DNA of 62,489 nucleotides, filler included, from Chiloscyllium plagiosum (GCF_004010195.1; 4 parts of one record of this genome joined end to end with filler, not necessarily neighbours in it); one strand, 5' to 3'; shown: positions 26,056 to 40,101, numbered from the whole stretch's first letter. Numbers and translations: made by a program. The notes: generated by a model from the letters alone, not told the origin.

Positions 26056-27239
26056 CTTAAAAACAGATTCGCAAATTGCATATTTGCTGGCAGAATGGCA
26101 AATGATGAAAATCAAATCGATCCAAAAAAAAAGAGTTTAAGCACAATAAAAATCAGGATTAGCATTTGCTGTGAACAGCATCAAAAATTGTAACATTACT
26201 AATAAATTAGAAATCATGTCAGCACTTCACCATTGCATTCCAAATATGTCTGAGTCAGTAGTTTAGGAGCTCTCAGGGTTTGTGAAGGTGATGGGGCTCT
26301 GCTTGCATTCACAATGGACATCCTGTAAATATCGACACCCTCCCAGAGATCACCTATCTTAACTTCAAAAAACACTGCCAAGTATCTTGGAGAAAATAAT
26401 ACTACTATAGCAGAAAAAATATTTTGTTAACATATGTAATAAAAGCCAACAGATATTAAGGAAAATACATAGAATATAGAATTCCCAGCATGATATGCTG
26501 CCTGCATACCAATCCCCAAATGGATAAAACATCTGCTCACCTGAGGGATTCCTGAATTGCAGAAACCAATGGGTTTGGGAGTTCCATTTTGAAAACCTAT
26601 GCATTAATACAGCATTGAGAGTATAATCAACACAACAAATACCTGCAAATGTGCTTTATCAACTTTCTTTGGTGAAACTACTATGAAGTTAACCGGCATA
26701 CAAATTATAATTACATGATGGACATAAAACCTGCCTGAAGGTGGAACTCATACATTAGATTTTACAGCACCTCATTGAGTTAAACATGAGATTCTACAAG
26801 CGGTTGATTATTTGGTCCTTGTTTTTAAAGCACTGCCAACAATGACAATAAACTCCGAATTTTGCTTCATAAAAATAGATAAAACCAATGGTGATATTTT
26901 TTCTCTCATAATTTACAAAATCATTCAGGCTAATGGAGCTGTCAGTGAGTCGGACTCTCCAATCAGCTGTAGGAAGTTGCTTAATAGCAAACAGTATGAC
27001 AACCTCCAAAAGAGGAACAATTTTTGTTTTCTTTTGTATCCTCGAGATATATCATGGTCCTTGATAGAAACCCCAACATCAATTTTAGCATATTTGTTAG
27101 ATTCTGCAACTGACAGATACTTATGATATTGCATCTCATAAACTAATAGACAGAATGACGATATTTTAAATGATAATAAAAATCCACCTTCTAATAATGA
27201 AAGGTTCCCTTTATTTACCAGCATTTCCTGAACAAATAA

Positions 27240-27318
27240 ATGGGATATCTGGTCAGCATGGACGAGTTGGACCAAAGGGTCTGTTTCCGTGCAGTACATC
27301 TCTTGACTCTAGGACTCT
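27240..27318 (+). mobile_element. Young CR1 3' tail only (heavily 5'-truncated)
   Basis: Nearly identical to the tail at 40845-40916. Confidence 0.85.
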
Positions 27319-28244
27319 GTAATTGCCCTGAAAGCATGTAGTCGGGTTAGTTGCCGACTGTACCTGGTGTTCTCATGACCTTTTTGCATTTTGATGCAAA
27401 GTGCGACTTAATTGTTTGATCTTAAGAAAAAGGTATTAATTCTACTCGGGTGATATGGGCATATTATTATCAAACTTCTATTTGTTACCGAGGATTCTGG
27501 GGCAATGTAGAGCAGTGCTTAGCCCAGACTAACAGAGTAAACGTTTTAATTAAATTGCTGACATTGTTTGCAATTAGGCACAATTCAAAATCGTATTTCG
27601 AATATTTAAGCATGCTAACCTAAAGTTCTTCCTAAAACTGCAGTCGGTAAGATTTTAAAAAGAGCACACACCACAAATATGATATGGTGATGACACCGTT
27701 GCGTCTTCATGTTGCATGACCCAGTCAAATAAGTCAAAAAACATTTCTCATTAAGTCAAGGTAGCACAGGACCCTACACTACAATTATTTTTTTATTCTG
27801 AACTTACATTTCTTTTTACTAAGATCATTGTCAGGGAGTTGGTCATTGATATTGCAAAATACCAGAACTGACTTTAACAGAATACTGAAAAAACACAGAC
27901 ACATCACGCAACGAAAGGAAAGAGACCTCAATGGGTTTAAATAAAATGGCTTTTCAGCTACAGCTCATTAAAAACTTACATTTAATCTCTAAAAAATGAG
28001 GCAAATTAATAGTGTTGGTGTCACTGACTTTAAATGCAAGCAGTGCACAGATGTTTGTAAAGTGGGAGAAAAGGTATGCAGCATTTCTTTTTACATAGTT
28101 ATAACATTTTTCATTGAGAAATTAGGAATAAATTGATTTTTTTTAAAGTAGAACTTGCATTTTTCATCAACTGACACCTCCTTATGTTAATAAAAACATT
28201 TCTTTATGGAATATTTCTGAATGGGAGAAGTGAATAAATAATAT

Positions 28245-28541
28245 GATTAGATTAAATTCTCTACAGTATGGAAACAGGCCCTTTAGCCCAACAAGTCCAT
28301 CGAAGTGTAACACAGCAAGACCTATTCCCCCTGCCCTACATTTACCCCTGACTAGTGCACCTAACACTATTAGCATGTGGCCTACATACCTTTGAATTGC
28401 AAGAGAAAACCAGAGCACCCGGAGGAAACCCACACAAACACAGGGAGAATATGCAAACTCCACACAGTCGCCCAAGGCGGGAATTAAACCCAGGTCCCTG
28501 GCATTGTGAGGTAACAGTGCTAACCACTGAGCCACCGTTCC
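28245..28541 (-). mobile_element. HE1-like V-SINE
   Basis: tRNA head ggtggctcagtggttagcactg, V-domain tgtgtggagtttgcatattctccctgtg..ggtttcctccgggtgctctggttt, CR1-like tail. Confidence 0.88.
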
Positions 28542-30323
28542 ACTCTTAAAATAGACCTACACACTGTCTGCATAATACTCTGCAAGGTATCTAATGTTTT
28601 CTGAGTGTCGAGTCAAACTTAAGGAAGTTGTAAGCTTAATGTCCTATTATTGCACACTTGATAACAACTCTTCAGTGTTGAAGTTGTGCTGGTGAATGAT
28701 AACTGTCACAAGAGTTGCTTTATTAAAATCTAATTTGTGCCTTTCCCATAGCTCAGACACATTTGTTATCTTTCTCTTACATTCATACTTGCAACCTCTG
28801 CACAGCATGATCTTAGATTATTTAAATTACACTAAAATTTGTACTATGGTAAATGCTGAAGTACGGCTTGCTCCAATGATGAAGATGTCATGGTTGTCTT
28901 GGAAACCAAACTCTTAACACGCAAGATAATTCAAATACAAAGCAAATAATAAAATCTGCTATCACAAGCCAAGTAGCTCTTTACTACACAATATTGTTAC
29001 CATATCTGACCCTTCAATTAGTAAAATAAACCATTAGCTTGAAGTGAAATGATTTACGCCACACTTATCAACTTCACAATATCTATTTCTATCACTTTAC
29101 CTTTCATCTTGCTGTTGCAAACAAATTAATTTCTAAGATCAGCAAGCTCGAAGCATGACATTAAATATAACATTTTTCTCTTCATGTTAGGTCTTCATGG
29201 CAAAACAACCTTGAATAATAAAGTCCAAACAAGCACTGACTGAGAAACTGAAATTAATAAAGCAAGTGGTGCCATAAACAACTTTTATATGCTGTTCTAT
29301 TCTCAGATTTCTGAAATATAGACTGAGCACATTTATCTCAAACAGTAGAGACCTTGCCTGTTCTGCAACTGACTGCTACAGTGGCTTGGCAATGCACAAC
29401 TGACCTTATTATTGTGTTTCAGCTTTCAGTGTGGAACAGGACTGGGCACTCTAGGTTCGATTGCGGAATACGAGGCAGCAAAATACAGCAAATAAAAGAA
29501 AAGGCTTTTCTGTTCTCTTAACAGTTCTTTTCTGCACACAGATTGTGCTTGCAATGCATCAATATATCAGCTTTAAAAAGCTAACAAGACATTAAATCTG
29601 GAGAAGGAATTACTACATGCTGCATGCAACTTATGACTAATATTTAAAATGTATTATTTTGGTTTTTGCAGGCTGCCCTGAAGCATTATTAACATACAAT
29701 ATCTCAAAACCAATCTACACGAAAGCCAACAAACACTTTGAAAAATGAATACCATTTCTTACCTCAGCTAAATTTCAGAAGCCAAGTTTTTTTTTCACAA
29801 ACTCACAATTCAATGCTGCTATGTATCTGCCTTCCTGGAAGACATGATTTTTTCCCCCCTTCTCCCCTGCTGCTCTCAAGAATGAGAGCTCACTCCACCC
29901 ACTTACAGAGCTGCTAAGTCTACTGTAGCTATGTGATAACCATCCTCCTGCTCACAACCAGTTTTGGTCATGACGCTTCAGAAGCAGATGATTATCTGGT
30001 ATATCCATTGGTTGCTGAATCTTTAAAAACTGTTTCACCTACAACTAGCCCTGCTGTTCATTCACAAGGTTGCATCAAAACAGGAGCCCATGTAGCTAAA
30101 GCAGTGAACTTATTGCCGACTGACTGATAATTTGTTTTTCCTCCCATGTACTGTGTGTCTACATATCAAGTTCAATAAAAAGCCCTGATGTAATCATATT
30201 ATTAATCATGTTATTTTCTAAATGCAGCACAGATCTTAAGAAAACCCGTACCCATGGTAACAACAAAAATAAATTAGTGCTGTAAACCAGCTTAGAACAA
30301 ATATTGAGTGTATAACTTAAAAA

Positions 30324-30530
30324 GAAATGAGTGATTACAATGACTGATTAACCCATTTTGTGCATATCAATACTCCAGCTCCGACAAACATTAAACAGAT
30401 ATCTGGTTTGTCTGCGTTGGATGAGCACCAGGCAATAAACAGCAGCTACAGGCTAACCCACTTACTCTAAATCATGTCTCTTGCAGTCAAACAATTAAAG
30501 GGAGGTTCCTGAGTGCACTGAATCAGCTGG
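30324..30530 (+). repeat. About 205-bp dispersed direct repeat, copy 1
   Basis: Aligns by eye with 32056-32260. Confidence 0.85.
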
Positions 30531-32055
30531 GCAGAATGTACATCATAACATCGGCAGAATTGGAGAGATTGCCCGGAAAAGAAACTGGTACACTTTTCCT
30601 TCGCTCATTTCCTTACATTCACTCTTCACATGCAAAATTAGATACCTCTCACACCTCCACCCTACCGACCTGAAACAAAATACAAAATATAGGCCATAAA
30701 ATTTATACACCCAAATCTTTCAGTCAGCATCAGAGAAGAGGCATCATCACAATTTAATTTGCCCACATACCATTTTATGCTGTATTCTTTGTACCAACGA
30801 TGCTGTCTCCAGCCAGAACGCAGTGCAAAATATCGTCAGGAAGCATGTTGTCCAGGATAGTTCCAGCACAGGGGACAATCAAACTCCCTTTCCTCGTCAT
30901 TAACTGAACACACGCTGATTAAGGTCTGTCGTCAGTTCATGGATTTGTTTTGTTTTGAATGGAGCTGGCAATTTCCAAGACTGCACAGCCTCAGCCCCTG
31001 ACAATGGTATTCCCCTTTCTCCATTCCCTGACAGTGTTCACCCTCCTGCTCCTCTCTTTCATCCTGACAGTGTCCACCCTGTTTCCACCCACAGAAACTC
31101 AACATGGTCCAAGTGGCCCATCCCAGCACCCGTCAATGATCACTCTTTTGACATCTGTTGAACAGGATCCAGGGAGTCTGGAAGGTGAGACAGGAGAGGA
31201 CGGTGTGGGGGAGTAAGGAGTTGGAGGCAGCACAGTAAAGCGGATTGGGATGAAGAACAAGCACCGTCAGCATCTGACAGGTGGAGGCCAAGAGGAGCAC
31301 TGCCTGGTGGAAGTCAAATAAACAGTATTTATGGTCAGGGTGGGGATGGAGTGGATGAGCACAATCTATCTCTGGTATTGGGAATGGGATGAGGATGAGC
31401 AATGTTCTGGTGGGGGTAAGGAGACAGCAGAAGTAGAAGGTGCAAATGCAATTCAGATGGGGGTGGACGGAATACACAATGTCCAGTTGTGTAGAGGGGG
31501 ATGTCCAGAGGGGGGATTGTGAGCACTGTCTATGGTGTGGGTAGACGGTAAGCATTGTTGGGTGCAGGAAGGGTCAGCACTGTTCAGTGAAAGCAACAAT
31601 GGTAAGTACTCTTGATATGGGAGTCACATTGGGGAGCCCTGTCTGGCAGAGTAGGTGGAATGATGAGCACTCTTCATGATACACAGTGGTGTTTGAACAT
31701 TGTCACCCTTTCCTTGCCAGGACTTGTTACTCCTCAATCTCTTCTCTCTTCTTTCCAGGAAGCATAGAGTGACTGGCTCACAAATTATAAAGTCTCTGAC
31801 TTATTGCTTGAAAACAACAATATACAGCAACTGGTGGGAGAAGATAACTGGCTTTCCACAATCTTCAAGTATATTCTTCTACGGAGGGACACATCACCTC
31901 CCGTTTCAAAGGTCCAAACGTTTCTGGAAATATCCTTTATGCTCACAAGCTGATCAGCTACCCAGGAGCCAAATACATAGTTGTTGGCAGCCAGATGTCT
32001 TTGTTTCCAATGTCCAGTTACAACCCAACAAATCAAACAGTTACTTGTGCAAAAT

Positions 32056-32260
32056 GAAATTTGTGATTACATCGACTAATGAATCCATTTCGTGCATATT
32101 AATATTCAAACACAGAAAAACATGAAACAGATATCTAGTTTGTCTGCATTAGATGAGCACCAGGCAATGAACAGCAACTACAGGCCAACCCACTTGCTCT
32201 AAGTCACGTCTCTTACAGTCAAACAACTAAAGGTGGTTCCTGGGTGCAGCGAACAGTTGG
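32056..32260 (+). repeat. About 205-bp dispersed direct repeat, copy 2
   Basis: Aligns by eye with 30324-30530. Confidence 0.85.
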
Positions 32261-32958
32261 GAGTGCAAAGCAGCAGTGTAAACACCATTTGTAATGAGTC
32301 TTGGTAAATTGCTTTTAAGAGGTCTAGCCATCCCTTCCACAGTGCTTGGTTTTTAAAGAAGTTCTTCTCCCATTTCTGTCCACAATCAAAAGGGCATGGT
32401 CCTTACGACATTATGATAACCCTTGGGATGATGGTAACAAACTATTGCAACTGCTAAAACATTTTCTAAACTCTCACTGATCCACAAAAAATCTTTCAGA
32501 ATTAGGCATTTAAATAGCTTCACAGTTGAAGTTCCTTCAACTTTCACTGACATAAGCGAGCTTTTTTATTGATTTACAAAGGTTTGGAATTTAAATAATT
32601 TGTCTGTTCTGACAGACCTTATCCCTCCTTCAAGATCATCAAAGAATTTGTAACTCCTGTGCTGTGGGTTAAAAGTAAACATATGAACTGCTTCTTATGT
32701 GAGACATGAGTTACTTGATCCTACCTGGGATCTTCCAGAAACAGGAGAGACATCCAGATCTGCTCACTATTTGTGAAGGTTTGTCACCTCTCCAAGGATC
32801 TACAACCTTGAATCTAGGGCTTTCTCTTTAACAGTGCAGGATAAAGAATGGCCTGATGAAGGCACTTAATCTTACAGAAGGAGTTGGTGGGGAACACAGA
32901 GGGTGGAAATTTTCCTGTTTTTAGTAAAGCAGTGGGCAAAATAAGAAATGACTAATAT

Positions 32959-33232
32959 GTCATAGAATTCCTATGGTGTAGAAAGAGGCTATTTGGCCCA
33001 ACAAAGTATTGCACCCAGACCTAGCTCCCCAACTATCCCTGTAACCATGATTATGCATCCCTAGATACTACTTGCAATTTAGCATGGCCAATCCACCCAA
33101 CCTGCACACTGTGGGAGGAAACCCAAGGAGATACCAGGAGAACATACAAACTCCACACAGAGAACCATCTAAGGCTAGAACGGAACCTGGGCCCCTGTTG
33201 CTGTGCGGCAACAGTGCTGAGTCACTGTGCCC
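32959..33232 (-). mobile_element. HE1-like V-SINE (diverged)
   Basis: caatttagcatggccaatccacccaacctgcac..caaactccacacag is the V-domain in reverse. Confidence 0.8.
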
Positions 33233-34717
33233 CTCACTGTCATCCCCACTGCCAAGTAAACCCATCCAACTGCCTGCCAATCAGCTCATTAGGAACTGAC
33301 GGGTGACTGTAGACAAATTTCTCAGTGAATCATAAGCCATGGCAGTGGCATTGCAGATTAACACAAACTGCCAGTAAATTAAAGTCCACTGGTCAAAGCA
33401 TACTCCTCACAGGATCCAGCAGCGAGATGTTAGATGCTGTTTACTTTTTTCTGATGTGTGAGGCTCATGGAAAGACAGGCTTTCAAAGGCAACTCACATG
33501 CCCTCTGTCCATGCCTCAGGTTGTCTCCAGATTGGAGTAATTGGAATCACCCTCAAACTGAACAGTGCCATCAGCTTGCTTTCCCACCAGGCTGGCGTTA
33601 CTCTTTTGCCCCACACAGTTGTGGCCAATAGTTGATGGCAGCTTGAGAAGGTCAAGCATGGAACTTGCACAGGAATGAATTAGTGAGATGGACTGACAAC
33701 ACCCCATGGAGGGGGACATTGTTCCCATAGAGAATAAGTGATTTTAAATGTAAGTAGTCACTTATAAATAATAAAATTCAAAAATGCAGAAAGTTTAACT
33801 TCCCTCAAAAAATTCCTGTGACATGAAAATTTCATGGGTACATTGAAAACAGTTTTGTTAATATTGATCAGGTGCAAGATTGAAGTAAGCTAAACTCATT
33901 TCTCATATGATCTTATAGACAACAGGAACTATGTCATTTTTATTGGTTTGAATTGGATTTGAATTTGGCTCCAAGCTGTGGAAAGACAGAGCACTGACCC
34001 CTGCATCACCCATAGCTATGAAATCACTTTCCCATTTTTAAATAAGAGAACAAAAAATCTGTGGCTTTATATAAAAAGCTTATGTTCCTTAATACTTGTA
34101 CAGTGTGCAGCTGCTTTTGTGAGATAAGATGGATGTTCCCTGGTATTAACTGGCTTAATTTGACAATAATTGGTTTGGATTTTGCAATGCAGAAGTGGAA
34201 AATGATGGAGGAAAAAACAAGGAGGTGTATATTTCATGGGGTCATGCCCTCAACATAATCATGTCGGGATTCAATGAGATGAGTGGTAGATGACAAGCCA
34301 CATGTGGAATCTGGTCGTCATTTCAAAATGACCACTTTGGAAGCAGTTGAGGAAGTGGTTAAGGAGACAACAGATGCAAATTTTACAAGATGCTCTGAAT
34401 TTTTTGATCAGCACATGTGGAACAGAGAATATTGGAACCTTGACAGCTTTTACACATTTATAGTGGGACAATAGCTGTTCATAGAGCAGCTCTCACCAGC
34501 TCCTGGCTTTCTGGGAGGAGTTGGGGAGGTGAGGGGAGCTGTTAGCAGATTATACAGGGGTAAGGGATCCATGCAGCTAGTTGTACATGATCTCTGGCTG
34601 TTATCTACTTGTGGACTGGGGTAGGGAATGGGTGGTGGCTATCAGCTGAATGGAGGAGTCATAGGCTGCTAATTATAGGAGGCAGTTTCAAGCTCCTGGT
34701 TTCCAGAGGGATGGATA

Positions 34718-35605
34718 GAATCACAGGCTGCTGGGTGTGGTAGGGAGTCACAGGCTGCTGGAGGTGGCAGGGAGTCACAGGCTGCTGGATGTTTTGGGGA
34801 GTCACAAGCTGCTGGGTGTAGTAGGGAGTCACAGGCTGCTGGGTGTGGTAGGGAGTCACAGGCTGCTGGGTGTGGTGGGGAGTCACATGCTGCTGGGTGT
34901 GGTGGGGAGTCACAGGCTGCTGGGTGTGGTGGGGAGTCACAGGCTGCTGGGTGTGGTGTGGAGTCACAGGCTGCTGGTGTGATGGGGAGTCACAGGCTAC
35001 TGGTGTGATGGGGAGTCACAGGCTACTGGGTGTGATGGGGAATCACAGGCTGCTGGGTGTACTGGGGAGTCACAGGCTGCTGGGTGTACTGGGGAGTCAC
35101 AGGCTGCTGGGTGTGGTGGCGAGTCACAGGCTGCTGGAGGTGGTGGGGAATCACAGGCTGCTGGGTGTACTGGGGAGTCACAGGCTGCTGGGTATGGTGG
35201 CGAGTCACAGGCTGCTGAGTGTGGTAGGGAGTCACAGGCTGCTGGGTGTATTGGGGAATCACAGGCTGCTGGGTGTGGTGGGGAGTCACAGGCTGCTGGA
35301 TGTGGTGGGGAGTCACAGGCTGCTGGATGTGGTGGGGAGTCACAGGCTGCTGGGTGTATTGGGGAGTCACAAGCTGCTGGATGTGGTGGGGAGTCACAGG
35401 CTGCTGGGTGAGATGAGGAGTCACAGGCTGCTGGATGTAGTGGGGAGACACAGGCTGCTGGATGTAGTGGGGAGACACAGGCTGCTGGGTGTGGTGGGGA
35501 GTCACAGGCTGCTGGGTGTGGTGGGGAGTCACAGGCTGCTGGATGTATTGGGGAGTCACAGGCTGCTGGGTGTGATGGGGAGTCACAAGCTGCTGGGTGT
35601 AGGGG
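34718..35605. repeat. 27-bp G-rich minisatellite GAGTCACAGGCTGCTGGGTGTGGTGGG (about 33 copies)
   Basis: Tandem array visible directly. It produces the GSHRLLGVV and TPHHTQQPV repeat ORFs. Confidence 0.97.
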
Positions 35606-35964
35606 ACGTCACATGGTGCTAGTGGTGGGGGGGTCTCACAGGATTTTGGGCGTGGGGAAGTCTCAGGCTGCTGCGTATAGGGGGTCTCCCAGGCTACTTG
35701 GAATAGGGGAGTCAGATGCCTGCTCAAATGCGGAACTTAAAGAGCAAGTAGGGTAAAAGCGCAGAAGCATTTAAGGAGATCTTGATAAAACCGAGAGAAA
35801 GACCAATGGAAAGCTCCTGATAGTAAAGGATAAAGAGGAGATTTAGGTTGAATCCAGATACAAGTATGAACCAGAAACATCAAATAGTCCGTTTCTCGCT
35901 TGTCACTTTCTGTAATTATGAAAATTAAAACTTCACCAAACAAAGTGTCCAAAGTAGGAGTATT

Positions 35965-36225
35965 TTTTAAAATGTATTCATGGAATGTGTGCAACCCTGA
36001 CCGAGCCAGCACTTTTTGCCCAACCCTAAGTGTCCTCGAGAAGGTGATGCTGAACTGCCTTCTTGAACTGCTGCAGTCCATTCTCACAATGCTGTCAGAG
36101 AGAGAGAATTCCAGGATCTTGGCCAAGTCACACTGAAGGAATGGTGATATATTTCCAAATCAGGATGGTGTATAGCTTAGAAGGAACCTACAAGTAAAAG
36201 TGCTTCCACGCATCTCTGTCCTTTA
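35965..36225 (-). mobile_element. LINE family B 3' end
   Basis: Reverse homolog of 49060-49305. Tail shared with SINE family B. Confidence 0.7.
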
Positions 36226-38061
36226 TGTGACCAAATATGCAAAATAAGTGATAGCAAATTGTTTGACCCTTTTTAAATTTGTTCACTACTCTTTTTCTCT
36301 GATGTCAATGTGTTTGCTGATGGACATTTACCCTCACACAACAGAAATCTTGAGCATTCTGCAGTTATATCCTCCTTCAGCCATTTCTTAATCAGCGTTA
36401 ATGCTACCTGTACATTATGGATTACAAATTAACATCTGCAAAGTCTTGACAAGCACATATCAACTGCACTTACGCCCCCATCCTTTTGTCCTTTTTTTCT
36501 TGAGTGTCAACGTTTTGGAGACTATACCAAATTTCAAAGCTCATGGGTAGCTTCTGTTAGTTTCTGAGTAGTTTCTGTTAGTTCCATGAGTTGGCATGTG
36601 TGTCATCTTAATAAACAGCATGTCCTGTGATTCTACAGTTCATGCAATTCTCTTGACCTTACCTTGATATCTGGGAGTTTGCTAACACTATGACACTAAG
36701 GGATTGTACCCTAACTCATTTATCCTTCCATTTCCAAGGTGCAAATAATTCAATTTGTTCTTCTAATTATTACTTGACAATGCCATCATTTTGTGTCAGG
36801 TATGATGAAAAAGCGTAATCCTTGCATATTTAAGTTCCAAGTTTTTCCTGACGAATGTGGAGATGTTGGAGAATCAGAACAAAATGAGAAATAGATCGGA
36901 AGCAAATGCCTGGCACAAGCAGGATGAGGGTTGCTGCAGCCAGTCAGTCCTTGAAGTTTGACTCATATCAGTAAAAAGTTAATTAAAAGAAACTGAACTT
37001 GAAAGGCAAGAGAGCAGTAATTGATTAAGGGCAGCCCTCACAAAAGAAGATGAAATATAATTGAATACAGGAGTGGAACAATTAGTGGGAGTAGGCTAGC
37101 TACTAGATGGATAGAGGAATTGGTGGTGGAAGGATTAGGGTAAAGAATGGCAACCAATGTTTTACACAGTATAGAAAGGGAGATATTATGTGGGTTCTCT
37201 CCAAAGGTGTGTCATGAATCATGCACCCTTACGATGGATTGGTGACTAACTTTCAATGTTTTTATATTGTAACAGGTTTGATAGAAAATTAATTTGGAAG
37301 TGTAAAGATCACATCTTTTTTTCTGTATTATTGATTGTGAATTAAAATAGGAAAAGAAAGGACTGTTTTAAAACCCAAGGATTGTGAAAAGGATAATCAC
37401 ACTTTTTAAAAGTAAGTTACCTGACACTCATTGTAAGTGTTCTTTATACTGCTGTTCGTTCAAGCAGTCGGAGATGTCTAATTGCAGATGAGTTGGAGCC
37501 AAGGGGTGCGTATGAATGGACAAATTCATCCAGGCAACATGTAACTGATTGATTTGGGGAACAGTGACCAGTTGACAATGACAACAGTCTCCCAACTGCC
37601 AGCAACCAAAGGATTGGTTCCCAGGTTGACAAGCAGCTGATAGATGTGAATGTTTTGGGTGAGAAGCTATCAGACCTCTGAAAAGGAAATAGCTGTCCTT
37701 TTTCAGCAAGCCTCAAGCCTGAAGAAAGCCTGTTTATTACCCTCACTAGCTCTTGAGAGCTGTGGCTCTTAACCAATAAGTTAAAGATGTTATAAGTGTT
37801 TACCTGCTATGTGCCTCCAGTAAACAAGTGAAAGGAGAATCACCAAGGAACAAACCAAAAGGGTTATCTCAGTGATCTTGTGAAAAGGGACCAATGAACT
37901 GCTTTCCCAGCCTTTCTCTCTATCTTTAACACCCTGTTTTTTTTGTGTTGGATTGTGTCTGTTTGTATGCATGTAGTTTGCGAAATACTTTCGACTTTTA
38001 ACAAGGAGAGTTAAATGTCAACAGTTTGCAGTTGTTTATATGTAGCTGGAATCTGTTAACT

Positions 38062-39985
38062 TAGAGTCATAGAGATGTACAGCATGGAAACAAACCCTTC
38101 GGTCCAACCCGTCCATGCCGACCAGATATCCCAACACAATCTAGTCCCACCTGCCAGCATCCGACACATATCCCTCCAAACCCTTCCTATTCATATATCC
38201 ATCCAAAAGCCTCTTAAATGTTGCAATTGTACCAGCCTCCACCACATCCTCTGGCAGCTCATTCCATACCAGTACCACCCTCTGTGCGAAAAAGTTGTCC
38301 CTTAGATCTCTTTTATATCTTTCCCCTCTTACCCTAAATCTATGGCCTCTAGTTCTGGACTCCCTTACCCTAGGGAAAAGACTTTGCCTATTTACCCTAT
38401 CCATGCCCCTCATAATCTTGTAAATCTCTATAAGGTCACCCCTCGGCCTCCGATGCTCCAGAAAAAACAGCCCCAGCCTGTTCAGCCTCTCCCTATTGCT
38501 CAAATCCTCCAACCCTGTCAACATACTTGTAAATCTTTTCTGAACCCTCTCAAGTTTCACAACGTCTTTCCGATAGGAAGGAGACCAGAATTTCACGCAA
38601 TATTCCAACAGTGGCCTAACCAATGTCCTGTACATCTGCAACATGACTTCCGAACTCCTTTGCTCAGTACTCTGACCAATAAAAGAAAGCATACCAAACA
38701 CCTTCTTCACTATCCTATCTACCTGCGACTCCACTTTCAAGGAGCTTTGAACCTGCATTCCAAGGTCTCTTTGTTCAGCAACACTCCCTAGGACCTTACC
38801 ATTAAGTGTATAAGTCCTGCTAAGATTTGCTTTCCCAAAATGCAGCACCTCACATTTATCTGAATTAAACTCTATCTGCCACTTCTCAGCCCATTGGCCC
38901 ATCTGGTCAAGATCCTGTTGTAATCTGAGGTAACCCTCTTCGCTGTCCACTACATCTCCAATTTTGGTGTCATCTGCAAACTTACTAACTGTACCTTTTA
39001 TGCTCGCATCCAAATCATTTATGTAAATGACAAAAAGTAGAGGGCCCAGCACTGATCCTTGTGGCACTCCACTGGTCACAGGCCTCCAGTCTGAAAAACA
39101 ACCCTCCACCACCACCCTCTGTCTTCTACCTTTGAGCCAATTCTGTATCCAAATAGCTAGTTCTCCCTGTATTCCATGAGCTCTAACCCTGCTAATCAGT
39201 CTCCCATTGGGAACCTTGTCGAACGCCTTACTGAAGTCGATATAGATCACATCTACTGCTCTGCCCTCATCAATCCTTTAAGTTCCTTCTTCAAAAATCT
39301 CAATCAATTTTGTGAGACACGATTTCCCACACACAAAGCCATGTTGACTATCCCTAATCAGTCCTTGCCTTTCCAAATACGTGTACATCCTGTCCCTCAG
39401 GATTCCCTCCAACAACTTGCCCACCACCGAGGTCAGCTCACTGGTCTATAGTTCCCTGGCTTGTCCTTACCGCCCTTCTTAAACAATGGCACCACATTTG
39501 CAAACCTCCAGTCTGCCGGCACCACACCTGTGACTATCAATGATACAAATATCTCAGCAAGAGGCCCAGCAATCACTTCTCCAGCTTCCCATAGAGTTCT
39601 CGGGTACAACTGATCAGGTCCTGGTGATTTATCCACCTTTACCCATTTCAAGACATCCAGCACTTCTTCCTTTGTAATCTGGACATTTTGCAAGATGTCA
39701 CCATCTATTTCCCTACAGTCTATATCTTCCATATCCTTTTCCACATTAAATACTGATGCAAAATATTCGTTCAGTAGCTCCCCCATTTTCTGCGGCTCCA
39801 CACAGAGGTCGCCTTGCTGATCTTTGAGGGACCCTATTCTCTCCCTAGTTACCCTTTTGTCCTTAATGTATTTGTAAAAACCCTTTGGATTCACCTTCAT
39901 TCTATTTGCCAAAGCTAACTCATGTTCCCTTTTTGCCCTCCTTATATCTCTCTTAAGTATACTCCTACTTACTTTGTACTCTTCA
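38062..39985 (-). mobile_element. Young CR1 LINE ORF2 (RT domain to 3' tail), about 2 frameshifts
   Basis: ORFs 39433-39912 and 38141-39250 contain NYRPVS, IYIDFSKAFDKV, GVPQGSVLGPLLF and FADDTK. Frameshifts near 39436 and 39278. Tail ctctatgactcta. Confidence 0.96.
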
Positions 39986-40001
39986 CCCCTCCTTCCCTCT
40001 A

Positions 40002-40101
40002 NNNNNNNNNNNNNNNNNNNNNNNNNNNNNNNNNNNNNNNNNNNNTTAATTAATTAANNNNNNNNNNNNNNNNNNNNNNNNNNNNNNNNNNNNNNNNNNN
40101 N
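40002..40101. other. Assembly gap with synthetic linker
   Basis: N44-TTAATTAATTAA-N44. Confidence 0.95.

Noticed and set aside
34659..35727. ORFs of 234-250 aa (GSHRLLGVV / TPHHTQQPV repeats)
   Set aside because: Minisatellite artefacts open in several frames, with a frameshift inside the array.
37790..37972. Minus-strand ORF with hydrophobic ITLLVCSLVILLSLVYWR, superficially like the missing ITGA9 transmembrane exon
   Set aside because: Lacks the EPRGYVVGWII context, spacing to W differs, there is no GT donor directly after W-K/R, and identity is too low given how conserved the tail exon is.
37268..38060. Possible LTR starting TGTAACA
   Set aside because: No second LTR, clear CA end or TSD could be identified.
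38141..39250. 369-aa reverse transcriptase ORF as a host or active gene
   Set aside because: Part of a frameshifted, truncated CR1 ORF2 with near-identical sibling copies in the window.
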